From the NCBI GenBank assembly GCA_044222185.1, contig JBGANV010000001.1:672001-736000 (forward strand): DNA of 64,000 nt, given 5' to 3'. The first letter of the stretch is position 1. Each line of letters opens with the position of its first letter. The DNA is from Planctomycetota bacterium. GTDB lineage: Bacteria > Planctomycetota > GCA-002687715 > CAIWVZ01. A model generated the notes under the pieces. That model ran no database searches and was not told the origin of the DNA. It was given only the letters and a program-made list of their open reading frames with translations. The position numbers were made by a program, and so were the translations under genes. This document shows positions 49,800 through 59,125 of this stretch, in pieces.

Positions 49800-49923
49800 G
49801 GGGAGGGCGAGACGTTCACCGCGGTCAATCCTGACCCGCGGACTTCGTTTTCCGGCTGCGATGCGGCTGCTACGATCGCGCCCACCCCGGGCCGACCGTC
49901 GTCGGTTCACTTGGAGTCGCGCC

Positions 49924-50466
49924 GTGCCGGAAAAGAGCGTCATCACACTCGATGTCAACGGTCGCAAACACGAGGTCGCCGTCCGCCCGCACGACATCCT
50001 GCTCGACGTGCTGCGGAACGACCTGGGCTACATCGGGACGAAGCGCGGCTGCGATCAGGGATCCTGCGGCTGCTGCACGGTCCACATCGACGGCCGGCCC
50101 ACGCTCGCCTGCCTGACGCTCGCTCACTGGGCGGTGGGACACGCCATCACGACGATCGAAGGCGTCGCTGGCACGACGGATTCGCACCCGCTCCAGGCAG
50201 CCTTCGAGAACTGCGGCGCGACACAGTGCGGCTACTGCACGCCGGGCTTCATCATGTCCGCCAAGGGACTCCTCGATCGCTGCTCCGAGCCGGACGACGA
50301 GACCATCAAGGAACACATCTCCGGCAACGTCTGCCGGTGCACGGGATATCTCCAGATCATCGAGGCTGTCCGACTCGCGTCCGACCAGCTCAAGGCCAAG
50401 GAACGACCTCATGACGACCACGCACGAGTGGAACATCATCGGGAAACCAGTCCCGCAGGTCGGTAG
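49924..50466 (+). CDS. 2x[2Fe-2S] subunit of a xanthine-oxidase-family enzyme (HcrC-like)
   Basis: GTKRGCDQGSCGCCTV, QCGYCTPG, GNVCRCTGY; GTG start after GGAG. Confidence 0.92.
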   Translation: MPEKSVITLDVNGRKHEVAVRPHDILLDVLRNDLGYIGTKRGCDQGSCGCCTVHIDGRPTLACLTLAHWAVGHAITTIEGVAGTTDSHPLQAAFENCGATQCGYCTPGFIMSAKGLLDRCSEPDDETIKEHISGNVCRCTGYLQIIEAVRLASDQLKAKERPHDDHARVEHHRETSPAGR

Positions 50467-52741
50467 CCGCCAGAAGGTCACCGGCGAAGCGCTCTACACC
50501 GACGACCTCCGCATCCCCGGCACTCTGGTCGGGAAGATCCTCCGAAGCCCCCATGCCGCAGCCCGCATCGTGCGTCTCGACACGCGCGAGGCGGAGGCCA
50601 TGCCGGGCGTTCATGCGGTGGTGACGGGACGGGACGCTCCACGCCCATTCGGCGTGCTTCCGATCTCGAAGGACGAGCCCTCCATGGGCATCGACCGCGT
50701 TCGCTACGTGGGCGAGCCCGTCGCCGCCGTCGCCGCGGACGACGAATGGGTCGCCGTGGAAGCGCTGAAGCGCATCCGCGTCGAGTACCTGCCCACGACG
50801 CCGGTCGAGAACGCCCGCGAGGCGCTCGCCGACGTGCCGAACCCGGGAGACAAGGTCCACCCGGAGACGAAGTTCACGAACAACCTGCACAAGGAAGTGA
50901 ACCAGCACTTCGGCGATCTGCCCGGAGCGTTCGCGAACTCCGCGCACGTGGCGCGTGGTCAGTTCAAGTACGCGGGCGTGACGCACTCGTTCACCGAGCC
51001 CATGGCGGTGATCTCGCACTACGATCGCGAGGGACGGCTCCACTGCTGGTCGGCGACGCAGGTGCCGCACTACCTGCATCGCGCGCTGTCCGAGGTCATG
51101 GACATCCCCATGAGCCGCATCCGCGTGATCCGCCCCAACGTGGGCGGCGGCTTCGGTGGCAAGTCCGATCCGTTCCCGCACGAGATGATCGCGTCGCTCT
51201 TGTCGCGCAAGTGCCGGCGGCCCGTGAAGATCATCTTCGATCGCGAAGAGGTGTTCCTCTCGCATCATGGCCGTCATCCCAGCGAGATCGAAGTGGCCGT
51301 CGGCGTGAATGCGGACGGGAAGCTCTCGGGCATCGAGATCGACGCGCTGATCGACGGCGGCGCCTACGGGTCGTTCGGCGTCGTGACGTCGTACTACAAC
51401 GGCGTGCTCGCCCAGGGGCCGTACCGCATCCCGAACTTCAAGTATCGGGGTCGCCGCGCCTACACGAACAAGCCCATGTCCGGCGCCATGCGCGGACACG
51501 GCGCCGTCAACACGCGCTACGCGTTCGAGATCCTGCTGGACGAGTGCGCCGAGAAGCTCGGCCTCGATTCGCTCCAGTTCCGCATCGACAACGCGCTGCC
51601 GTCGTACACGACGACCATCAACGACTTCCGCATCACGAGCAACGGCGTCGTCGAGTGCCTGGAGAAGGTCCGCGACGCGTCGGGGTGGAAGGACAAGCGG
51701 GGCAAGCTGCCTTACGGTCACGGCATCGGCGTGGCGTGCTCGTTCTACATCTCGGGGTCGGCACTGCCGATCCACCGCACGCGTGCGCCGCAGACGACCG
51801 TCATCGTGAAGATCGACATGGACGGCGGCGTCAGCGTCTACAACCTGGCGGCGGAGATCGGACAGGGGAGCGACACGGTCCTCGCGCAGTGCGTTGCCGA
51901 GGTCCTCGGCCTCGACATGTCGATGATCCGCGTGAAGTCGGGGGACACGGACGACTCGCCCGTCGACCTCGGCGCCTACTCGTCCCGCCAGACGTTCATG
52001 TGCGGCAACGCGGCGATCAAGGCGGCGGAGCAGGTGCGGGATCAACTCCTGCGGGCCGTGTGCCGCATCGGCGGCGGCGAGCCGTCGGACTGGGTGCTGC
52101 GGGGCGGCGTCGTCGAGAATCGCCACGACTCCACGAAGTCGCTGCCCTACATGGAAGTCCTCGACGAGGCCCTCGCCGACAACGGCGCGCTCGTCGGCAA
52201 GGGCTGGTACCAGTCACCGAAGCTCGGTGGCGCGTACAAGGGAGCGGGCGCCGGCCTCTCGCCCACGTACTCGTTCGGAGCGTACGTCACCGAACTCCAC
52301 GTGGACGAGGAGACGGGGTTCATCAAGGTCGACAAGGTCTGGGCGGCGCACGACTGCGGACGCGCGTTGAACCCGCTCGCCGTGAAGAGCCAGATCATCG
52401 GCTGCGTGCACATGGGACTGGGCCAGGTGTTGATGGAGGACTGGGGCTTCAACCCGCGCGCGAAGGGCAACCTCAAGAACCCGTCGCTCCTCGACTACCC
52501 CATGCTGACGGCGAAGGAGATGCCGCCCGTCGACGTGTTCATCGTCGAATCCATCGACAAGGAAGGGCCGTTCGGCGCCAAGGAAGCGGGCGAGGGTCCG
52601 CTGCTGCCGATCCTGCCGTCCGTCGGCAACGCGATCCACGACGCCATCGGCGTGCGCATCAAGGAACTGCCGATCACTCCGCTCCGCATCCTGCGCGCGT
52701 TGGACGAGAAGGCCGCCAAGGAAGGGAAGAAGGCGCGATGA
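50411..52741 (+). CDS. Molybdopterin-binding subunit, 4-hydroxybenzoyl-CoA reductase alpha-like
   Basis: RSPHAAA, TQVPHY, GGGFGGK, GAMRGHG, EIGQG, DLGAYSSR, GAKEAGEG. Confidence 0.9.
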   Translation: MTTTHEWNIIGKPVPQVGSRQKVTGEALYTDDLRIPGTLVGKILRSPHAAARIVRLDTREAEAMPGVHAVVTGRDAPRPFGVLPISKDEPSMGIDRVRYVGEPVAAVAADDEWVAVEALKRIRVEYLPTTPVENAREALADVPNPGDKVHPETKFTNNLHKEVNQHFGDLPGAFANSAHVARGQFKYAGVTHSFTEPMAVISHYDREGRLHCWSATQVPHYLHRALSEVMDIPMSRIRVIRPNVGGGFGGKSDPFPHEMIASLLSRKCRRPVKIIFDREEVFLSHHGRHPSEIEVAVGVNADGKLSGIEIDALIDGGAYGSFGVVTSYYNGVLAQGPYRIPNFKYRGRRAYTNKPMSGAMRGHGAVNTRYAFEILLDECAEKLGLDSLQFRIDNALPSYTTTINDFRITSNGVVECLEKVRDASGWKDKRGKLPYGHGIGVACSFYISGSALPIHRTRAPQTTVIVKIDMDGGVSVYNLAAEIGQGSDTVLAQCVAEVLGLDMSMIRVKSGDTDDSPVDLGAYSSRQTFMCGNAAIKAAEQVRDQLLRAVCRIGGGEPSDWVLRGGVVENRHDSTKSLPYMEVLDEALADNGALVGKGWYQSPKLGGAYKGAGAGLSPTYSFGAYVTELHVDEETGFIKVDKVWAAHDCGRALNPLAVKSQIIGCVHMGLGQVLMEDWGFNPRAKGNLKNPSLLDYPMLTAKEMPPVDVFIVESIDKEGPFGAKEAGEGPLLPILPSVGNAIHDAIGVRIKELPITPLRILRALDEKAAKEGKKAR

Positions 52742-53718
52742 TCCTGCCCCCGTTCGAGCTCCATCAACCCAAGACGACCTCGGAAGTCCTGGCGCTCAAG
52801 GCGAAGTTCGGCCGCGACGCGGACGTGGTCGCCGGTGGCACGGATCTCCTCTGCAACTACAAGTACGAGCTGAACCCCAAGCCCCACGTCATCTCGCTGC
52901 GCGAGGTGAAGGAGCTTTGCGGGTTCGACACGACCCGCATCGGCGCGCTCGCCATCCTCGACGACGTGATGAACGACGAGCGGATGAAGGCCGAGCTGCC
53001 GGTGATTCCTCAGGCGATCCGCGTGATCTCCTCGCACCTGCTCCGGCAGTCGAGCACGGTCGGCGGCAACCTGCTCGTCGACACGCGCTGCTTCTGGTTC
53101 AACCAGTCGCGGTTCTGGCGCGACTCCATCGGCAGTTGCCTGAAGGCCGAGGGTGACGTCTGTCGCGTGGTGTGGGGCGCGAAGGAATGCGTGGCGGTGT
53201 ACAGCGGCGATCTGGCCCCCGTGCTCATCACGCTGGGCTGCACGGTGGTCGTCGCCGGGCCGAGCGGACGCCGCGAAGTCCCGCTGGCCGACTTCTACAA
53301 GCACGACGGAATCCAGCGTCACGTCCTTGGGTCAGACGAGATCCTCGTCGAGGTGAAGATCCCCTCGACGGCGCGCGACTGGAAGGCGGGCTACAAGAAG
53401 CTCCGCGTGCGCGACTCGTTCGACTTCCCGGTCCTCGGCGTCGCCATGGCCGTGAAGGTCCGGGACGGGAAGCTTGACGCGGCACGGATCTGCCTCGGTG
53501 CCGTCCACACGACGCCGCTCGTCTGTGACGCCAAGCTCGCGCCGTTCATCGGCCGGCGCATCGACGAGAGCGTCGCCGCCGAGATGGGCGAGGCCGTCGC
53601 CGACGGGCTCGTGATCCACAACAACACGGCCATGAACCCGACCTACCGGCGTCGCATGGTGACCGTGTTCACCAAGCGGCTCGTGCACGCGCTCGCAAAC
53701 GGCCTCGCGATACGCTGA
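52738..53718 (+). CDS. FAD-binding subunit with [4Fe-4S] insertion, HcrB-like
   Basis: AGGTDL, TVGGNL, and a C-x15-C-x7-C-x8-C insert (DTRCFWFNQSRFWRDSIGSCLKAEGDVCRVVWGAKEC); ATGA overlap. Confidence 0.9.
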   Translation: MILPPFELHQPKTTSEVLALKAKFGRDADVVAGGTDLLCNYKYELNPKPHVISLREVKELCGFDTTRIGALAILDDVMNDERMKAELPVIPQAIRVISSHLLRQSSTVGGNLLVDTRCFWFNQSRFWRDSIGSCLKAEGDVCRVVWGAKECVAVYSGDLAPVLITLGCTVVVAGPSGRREVPLADFYKHDGIQRHVLGSDEILVEVKIPSTARDWKAGYKKLRVRDSFDFPVLGVAMAVKVRDGKLDAARICLGAVHTTPLVCDAKLAPFIGRRIDESVAAEMGEAVADGLVIHNNTAMNPTYRRRMVTVFTKRLVHALANGLAIR

Positions 53719-53784
53719 GCTTCGTTCGTATGGGGGGCGTCCCGCGCTCGCGAACGCCGAATCCGGGGTGTGGGGGAGCAACCG

Positions 53785-54741
53785 ATGGATCATGCGATCG
53801 AGACGCGCGAGCTGTGCAAGACGTTCCGAGGCGGGGTGCAGGCGCTCCGCTCGGTCGATCTGGTGGTGAAGCAGGGCTCCTGCTTCGGGCTGCTGGGACC
53901 GAATGGGGCCGGCAAGTCCACGCTGGTCAAATCCCTGCTTTCGATCGTCCGGCCGACGTCGGGATACGCGGCGATCCTCGGACGGGACATCCGCGACTCC
54001 GAAGCCCGACGGGGAGTGGGGTACCTGCCGGAGGGCCATCGGTTCCCCCGATACCTCACGGGCGCGGGCGTCTGCCGGTATTTCGGCAAGTTGTCGGGTC
54101 TCGATGCGACGACGCTCGCTCGGGAGATCCCCGAGAAGCTGGCGCTCGTGGGCATGACGGAGTGGGCGGACGTCTCCGTCACCAAGTACTCCAAGGGAAT
54201 GATGCAACGCGTCGGGCTCGCCCAGGCGATGCTCGGGAACCCGCGGGTGATCTTTCTCGATGAGCCGACGGACGGCGTCGACCCGGTCGGGCGACACGAA
54301 CTGCGAGCCGTCATCCGGGACGTGGCCTCGAAGGGCACGACGATCCTCATGAACTCGCACCTGCTCTCCGAGGTGGAGCTCGTGTGCGATGAGATCGCGA
54401 TCCTCCACAAAGGGCAGATCATCGAGCGGGGAAGCGTCTCCGAGATCAAGCAGCGGTTCGAGGCGGGACGCAGCTCGACCGTCTACGTCACGTTCAAGAC
54501 GGGGACGATCCCTGACGCGCTTTGGACGCGCATCGCTGGCTGGGGCGCCGTCCGCGTGGACGACGAGACCTTCACGCTGCGCGTCCCGACGAGAGACGAC
54601 ATCAGTCCGGTGATCGACGAGCTGCGGAGGTCATCCGTCTCGATCTACGCGATCGAGCGTGTCGCCGTGAACCTGGAGGATGCGTTCATCAAGCTCATCC
54701 AGGATCAGGCGGAGCAGGGCGTGGGAGGTACGCAAGCATGA
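53785..54741 (+). CDS. ABC transporter ATP-binding protein
   Basis: GPNGAGKST, YSKGM signature, FLDEPT, SH switch. Confidence 0.95.
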   Translation: MDHAIETRELCKTFRGGVQALRSVDLVVKQGSCFGLLGPNGAGKSTLVKSLLSIVRPTSGYAAILGRDIRDSEARRGVGYLPEGHRFPRYLTGAGVCRYFGKLSGLDATTLAREIPEKLALVGMTEWADVSVTKYSKGMMQRVGLAQAMLGNPRVIFLDEPTDGVDPVGRHELRAVIRDVASKGTTILMNSHLLSEVELVCDEIAILHKGQIIERGSVSEIKQRFEAGRSSTVYVTFKTGTIPDALWTRIAGWGAVRVDDETFTLRVPTRDDISPVIDELRRSSVSIYAIERVAVNLEDAFIKLIQDQAEQGVGGTQA

Positions 54742-55727
54742 GCGCGTTCTGGGCCCTGGTCGTCGACACGTGGCGGCAATCGAAGCAGCAATCGGTGTTC
54801 ATCCTCTTGCTGATCCTCTTCGCGCTGGTCGTCGGCGTATTCGTCGTGCTTCCGAAGCCGATGACCGCCGACGACGGCACGCCGGCATTCGGGTTCCTCT
54901 GGAGCGAGAAACCCACCAAGGTGCTCGCCAACAGTTGGGCCGATCAGTACGAGATGACGCTGCAACTGCGCGACGGCACCATGCCCAACCCGTTCAATCA
55001 CGAGGAACGGAAGGAGCGGGCGGAGCGGCGCAAGGAGGCCGAGGCCAGGGTCGACGAGCTTGCGCGCGAGGTGCCCGTCCTCCAGCGCTCACTCGAGTAC
55101 TGGGCATTCATCGCGGCGAGCACGCTGTTCTCGATCGGGATGATGTTGTTCATTGCGGCCTGTTCCGGATACTTCCCCGACATGCTGGCCGCCGGTGCCG
55201 TCGACATGGTCGTCTCGAAGCCGATCGATCGACTGCGGATCTTCCTCGGGAAGTACATCGGCGGACTGGCGTTGTTCGGGATCGCGGTTCTCGTGGCCGA
55301 GGGGCTGATCATCCTCGGGATCGGAATCCGGTTCGGGTTCTGGCCGGTGCGATTGCTGCTGGCGGCCCCGCTGACGCTCTTTTCCGCGGCGGTGATGTAC
55401 GCGATCCTCGCTTGCATCGGCATCATGCGCCGCAGCTCCACGCTCGCCATCGTGCTGGGATACGTCTTCTACGTCGTCGTCGACACGGGCGTCAGCGTGC
55501 TGATCGTGATCGGTCGGACGGAGGTCGGGAAGGAGGTGCCGTGGCTCGGCACCACAGCGAGGATTATGCACGCCACGTTCCCGAACTTCGCACTCCTGAA
55601 GTCCGCCGCGGAAGGTTGCGTCCTGACGATCCCGAACCTCGATTGGGAGCCGCTCCTCGCCGCTGCGGCCTGGCTCGTGGGAGCGTTGTCGCTCGGGTAT
55701 TGGCGGTTCAGGCGAGCGGACTTCTGA
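54738..55727 (+). CDS. ABC-2-type permease
   Basis: Multiple TM helices; SKPIDRLRIFLGKY motif; ends FRRADF; ATGA overlap. Confidence 0.88.
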   Translation: MSAFWALVVDTWRQSKQQSVFILLLILFALVVGVFVVLPKPMTADDGTPAFGFLWSEKPTKVLANSWADQYEMTLQLRDGTMPNPFNHEERKERAERRKEAEARVDELAREVPVLQRSLEYWAFIAASTLFSIGMMLFIAACSGYFPDMLAAGAVDMVVSKPIDRLRIFLGKYIGGLALFGIAVLVAEGLIILGIGIRFGFWPVRLLLAAPLTLFSAAVMYAILACIGIMRRSSTLAIVLGYVFYVVVDTGVSVLIVIGRTEVGKEVPWLGTTARIMHATFPNFALLKSAAEGCVLTIPNLDWEPLLAAAAWLVGALSLGYWRFRRADF

Positions 55728-56020
55728 CGCCCGGCGCGGGCGGCGCGCGCGGTCCCATGGGCTGTCGCAGCGAATGCCGTCACCCCGAACCCACATCGAG
55801 CTTGGAGTTCTGGAGCGCGGGTCGGCGTACGCTTCGGTCAAGGCGTTACCTCCCGCTCCCCGGAACATTGAGGGGCGGTCGGGCGTTCGGGTAGCCGGGA
55901 GTGATGCCCCTGCCGGCATCGGCCTGGGATTCGTGGTTTTTCACGGCCCATTCACGCAGTGATCGGCGTGGGACCCGAGCGGCACGGCGGTTGCGAAGCC
56001 GGTCGGCCCGGAGCTGAATC

Positions 56021-58513
56021 ATGACTCGACGACCCGTTGCCGCATCGCGGCTGTTCACCCTCATCGTTGCAATCGCCGCGGGCACGTTCGGCCAGGCACC
56101 ACGAGTGCGCTTCGCGTCCGAGCAGATCCCGTCCGAGGCCGGGCCCGTCCTGGCCGTGGCGGACGTGGATTCGGATGGCGACGTCGACCTCGTGACGAGC
56201 GGCGCGAACAGCGTTTACCTGAACGACGGGGCCGGCCGGTACTCGCCGCACCCGACGCCATCTTCGATCATCCTGCCCTATCAGGGCCCGACTCACCGTC
56301 GTCGCCTCGTCGCCGGCGACTTCACGGGCGACGGCCAGGTCGACCTGCTCGGCACGGGCCCGACGGGATTGTTGACGCTGTGGCAGAACGTCGGGGCAGG
56401 AGCGTTCTCGACGGTCGCCGCGCAGTTGCCGGCGCTCTTGGTCACCTCCCTGGCTGCGGGCGATCTCGATGGAGACGGCGACGTGGATGCCCTCTGCGCG
56501 ACGCCAGGGACCCTCGGTACCACGCCGAGCCCGGTCGTGGTGCTCGCCAACAACGGCACGGGTGGCTTCACGCTCGGCAGCGTGTTCCTCGTCGGGACGG
56601 GAGCGGGAATGGAGGTCCAGCTTTCCGACCTCGACCAGGATGGGGACCTGGATGCGTTCTGCGTCGGCGGCGGAGTGCGCTTCGTCGCGATCAACAACGG
56701 CGGGGCGAGTTTCAGCACTACGGCCTTGGGCGGTGCGCCCAGCCCCGGAGAGTCGTTCTCGGTTGGAGACATCGACGCGGATGGCCTTCCGGACGTCGTC
56801 TTCGACTCGATGAGCGTGTCGCAGCAGACCAACGCCGTGCAAGTGCTCCGTAACGCGGGTGGCGGGACGTTCACGGCGGTCGTCGTGTTCAGCTTCCTCA
56901 CCGGGCCCTGCCGTTCGATTCTTGCTGACGTGAACAACGATGGACGCGCCGAACTGCTCCGGTTCCACCTCGATGGCTGCGACGTGCACGTCCTGGTCGG
57001 GGGTGCGTTCCCGACACCGCTGCAGCGCCTGCCCGTTTTCGGGATCACCCAACCCGGTCCATTCTTCCCGACGCTGGACCTTCCGCCCATCTCCGTCGTC
57101 GACGTCGACGGTGATCAGGATCGGGACCTGATCGTGCAGACACAACAGGGCAACGTGATTCTCGCCGTCGACCCGGCACTGGGACTCCGACCGCTCCTCA
57201 ATCCGATCAGTGCGCCGGCTTCGCTCGGCCCGTTCGAGACGCTCGATTTCGACCTCGATGGCGACCTGGACCTGGTCGCGTCGGACTCGTCTGGGGTTCA
57301 ACGGCTGGCCCCGCCGCCGATCATGATCAACGACGGCACGGGCAGGTTCGCGCCGCCACTCACGGTGGTCTGTCCGCAGTGCATGCTTCCGGGTGTTGCG
57401 TGGCAGTTCTTCGACGCCGACGGGGACGGCGACAACGACCTCTACTGGGTCAACAATCTCGGTACCTACCAGGTCGCGATCAACACTGGTGGAGTCTTCG
57501 TGGCGAGCCCGACTCCGGCGGGAGTCGCACCTGCGGGGACGAAGATCCTGCCGCTCGACGTCGATGCGGACGGCGACCTGGACCTGATCGTCGGCGTCGA
57601 CTTTGCGTTGGGCGTCGCGGGAAACGCGTCGCTCCTGGTGAACCTGGGTGGCGGGACGTTCGCTCTGCCTCAGACGCTGCCAGCGTTCGTCTCGGCCCCC
57701 GTTCTCGGCGACTTCGATGGCAATGGCACCGTGGACATCCTGTCGTCGAGCGGCGGCGCGACGGCCGCGCTCTACAACACCGGTGTCGGACTGTTCGTCG
57801 CCGGCACACCGCCTCCGGCAGCGCCGCAGGCCGCCATCGATGCGGATGACGACGGCGACCTCGACCTGGTGGCCGGTCAGCAGCTGTACCTGAACGTTCC
57901 CGGCACCGGCTTCGTGCTGGCGCCGGCCGGGGCGCTTCCATTGTCGGGACCCGCGCCGTGCTTCTCTCCAGGTGCGACGGTCGTCGCCGACATGGATGGC
58001 GATGGCCGGATCGACCTCCTCGACACCTGTGGGCTCTTTCACCGCAACGTCGGGCCGGCGAGCTTCGCCGCACCGGTGGCGATTCCCTATCCGCTCCAGC
58101 TACCGCTCGTGCATGGCGACTTCGATCGCGACGGCGACGTCGATCTGCTCGGCTCGGGCATGCGCGTCTTGTCGAACGCGACGCGCAATCTCGCGCCGGG
58201 GTCGATCGCGCGCCCAGGCCGCATGGCCAGTCTGGAACTGGATGGATATGCCACGCGCGGGTGGCAGCTGTATGCCTCGGCAGGGAGGTCGGCGCTGCCG
58301 CTCCCGCCCTATGGCCTCGTGCAGATCGATCTCGCCACCGCGCTGTTCGTGACCGCTGGGACGTTCGATCTGGACGGACGCGGGCAGATGGCGGTCCTCG
58401 TGCCGAACGTCCCCGCCCTCGTCGGGTTGACCGTCTGGTGGCAGGCCGTGGTCGATGAGCCGTCGATCCCGCGGTTGACCGGCCTGGGGGAGACGACGGT
58501 CCGGTCCTACTGA
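56021..58513 (+). CDS. Secreted FG-GAP/VCBS repeat beta-propeller protein, copy 1
   Basis: Signal peptide; more than 10 DxDxDGDxD Ca-binding loops; C-terminal domain ending GLTVWWQAVVD...TTVRSY. Confidence 0.92.
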   Translation: MTRRPVAASRLFTLIVAIAAGTFGQAPRVRFASEQIPSEAGPVLAVADVDSDGDVDLVTSGANSVYLNDGAGRYSPHPTPSSIILPYQGPTHRRRLVAGDFTGDGQVDLLGTGPTGLLTLWQNVGAGAFSTVAAQLPALLVTSLAAGDLDGDGDVDALCATPGTLGTTPSPVVVLANNGTGGFTLGSVFLVGTGAGMEVQLSDLDQDGDLDAFCVGGGVRFVAINNGGASFSTTALGGAPSPGESFSVGDIDADGLPDVVFDSMSVSQQTNAVQVLRNAGGGTFTAVVVFSFLTGPCRSILADVNNDGRAELLRFHLDGCDVHVLVGGAFPTPLQRLPVFGITQPGPFFPTLDLPPISVVDVDGDQDRDLIVQTQQGNVILAVDPALGLRPLLNPISAPASLGPFETLDFDLDGDLDLVASDSSGVQRLAPPPIMINDGTGRFAPPLTVVCPQCMLPGVAWQFFDADGDGDNDLYWVNNLGTYQVAINTGGVFVASPTPAGVAPAGTKILPLDVDADGDLDLIVGVDFALGVAGNASLLVNLGGGTFALPQTLPAFVSAPVLGDFDGNGTVDILSSSGGATAALYNTGVGLFVAGTPPPAAPQAAIDADDDGDLDLVAGQQLYLNVPGTGFVLAPAGALPLSGPAPCFSPGATVVADMDGDGRIDLLDTCGLFHRNVGPASFAAPVAIPYPLQLPLVHGDFDRDGDVDLLGSGMRVLSNATRNLAPGSIARPGRMASLELDGYATRGWQLYASAGRSALPLPPYGLVQIDLATALFVTAGTFDLDGRGQMAVLVPNVPALVGLTVWWQAVVDEPSIPRLTGLGETTVRSY

Positions 58514-58567
58514 CTTCCGCGAGCTGCAGCCGAGGTCGCTGGCCGTACCGGCGGTGCTTGGCTGCTG

Positions 58568-58825
58568 GGACTGATCATCCTGCATGAGCTCGGGTGATTC
58601 CCGGCGAGCAAGGCCGACGCCGAGCTCCTGTTCGACGTCATCAGCCAGGCTTCTGAACGTCCGAGCCTGCTCGTGACGACGAACTTGCCCTTCGCGAACT
58701 GGACCGAGGTCCTCGGCAGCGAGCGTCTCGCGGGCGCCACGAGGGATCGTTCGACGCACCGCGGCCACATCCTCGAGATGAAGGGCGCGAGCCACCGGCT
58801 GAACGACTCGAAACGCAAGCGAAGG
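58568..58825 (+). mobile_element. istB: IS21-family istB remnant (C-terminal fragment)
   Basis: LIILHELG*FPASKADAELLFDVISQASERPSLLVTTNLPFANWTEVLGSERLAGATRDRSTHRGHILEMKGASHRL matches the IstB C-half; TGA at 58595; Walker B DE changed to HE; no istA. Confidence 0.85.
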
Positions 58826-59125
58826 CCTGCGACGCGATCAGCCGACGAGAAGCCGCCAGAGAACGATGCTGGCGTACATCCCCTCACGGGCAACGGAGCC
58901 AGGAGGGGGCACCCGCGAAACCAATCGAATCTCCGCGAGCTCGGGGCGACATCGCCTTCGTCGGGCGAGGCGATGCACAGACGACGGGCTGGCCCTCGTC
59001 CGGGGCCCGCGAACACGCTCACCCTCGCGCCCAGCTCGTTCATGCTGCCCCCACGGTGCCGCGCTTTTCGACCGGCGGATGCCGCGCGATCAGGGCGGCG
59101 ACCAGGAGAGGTCGGAGGATCAGAC

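Noticed and set aside
49800-49923. Moco riboswitch upstream of the molybdoenzyme operon
   Set aside because: Only a short GC hairpin and an extended -10 (TGCTACGAT) are visible; no recognisable Moco RNA consensus.
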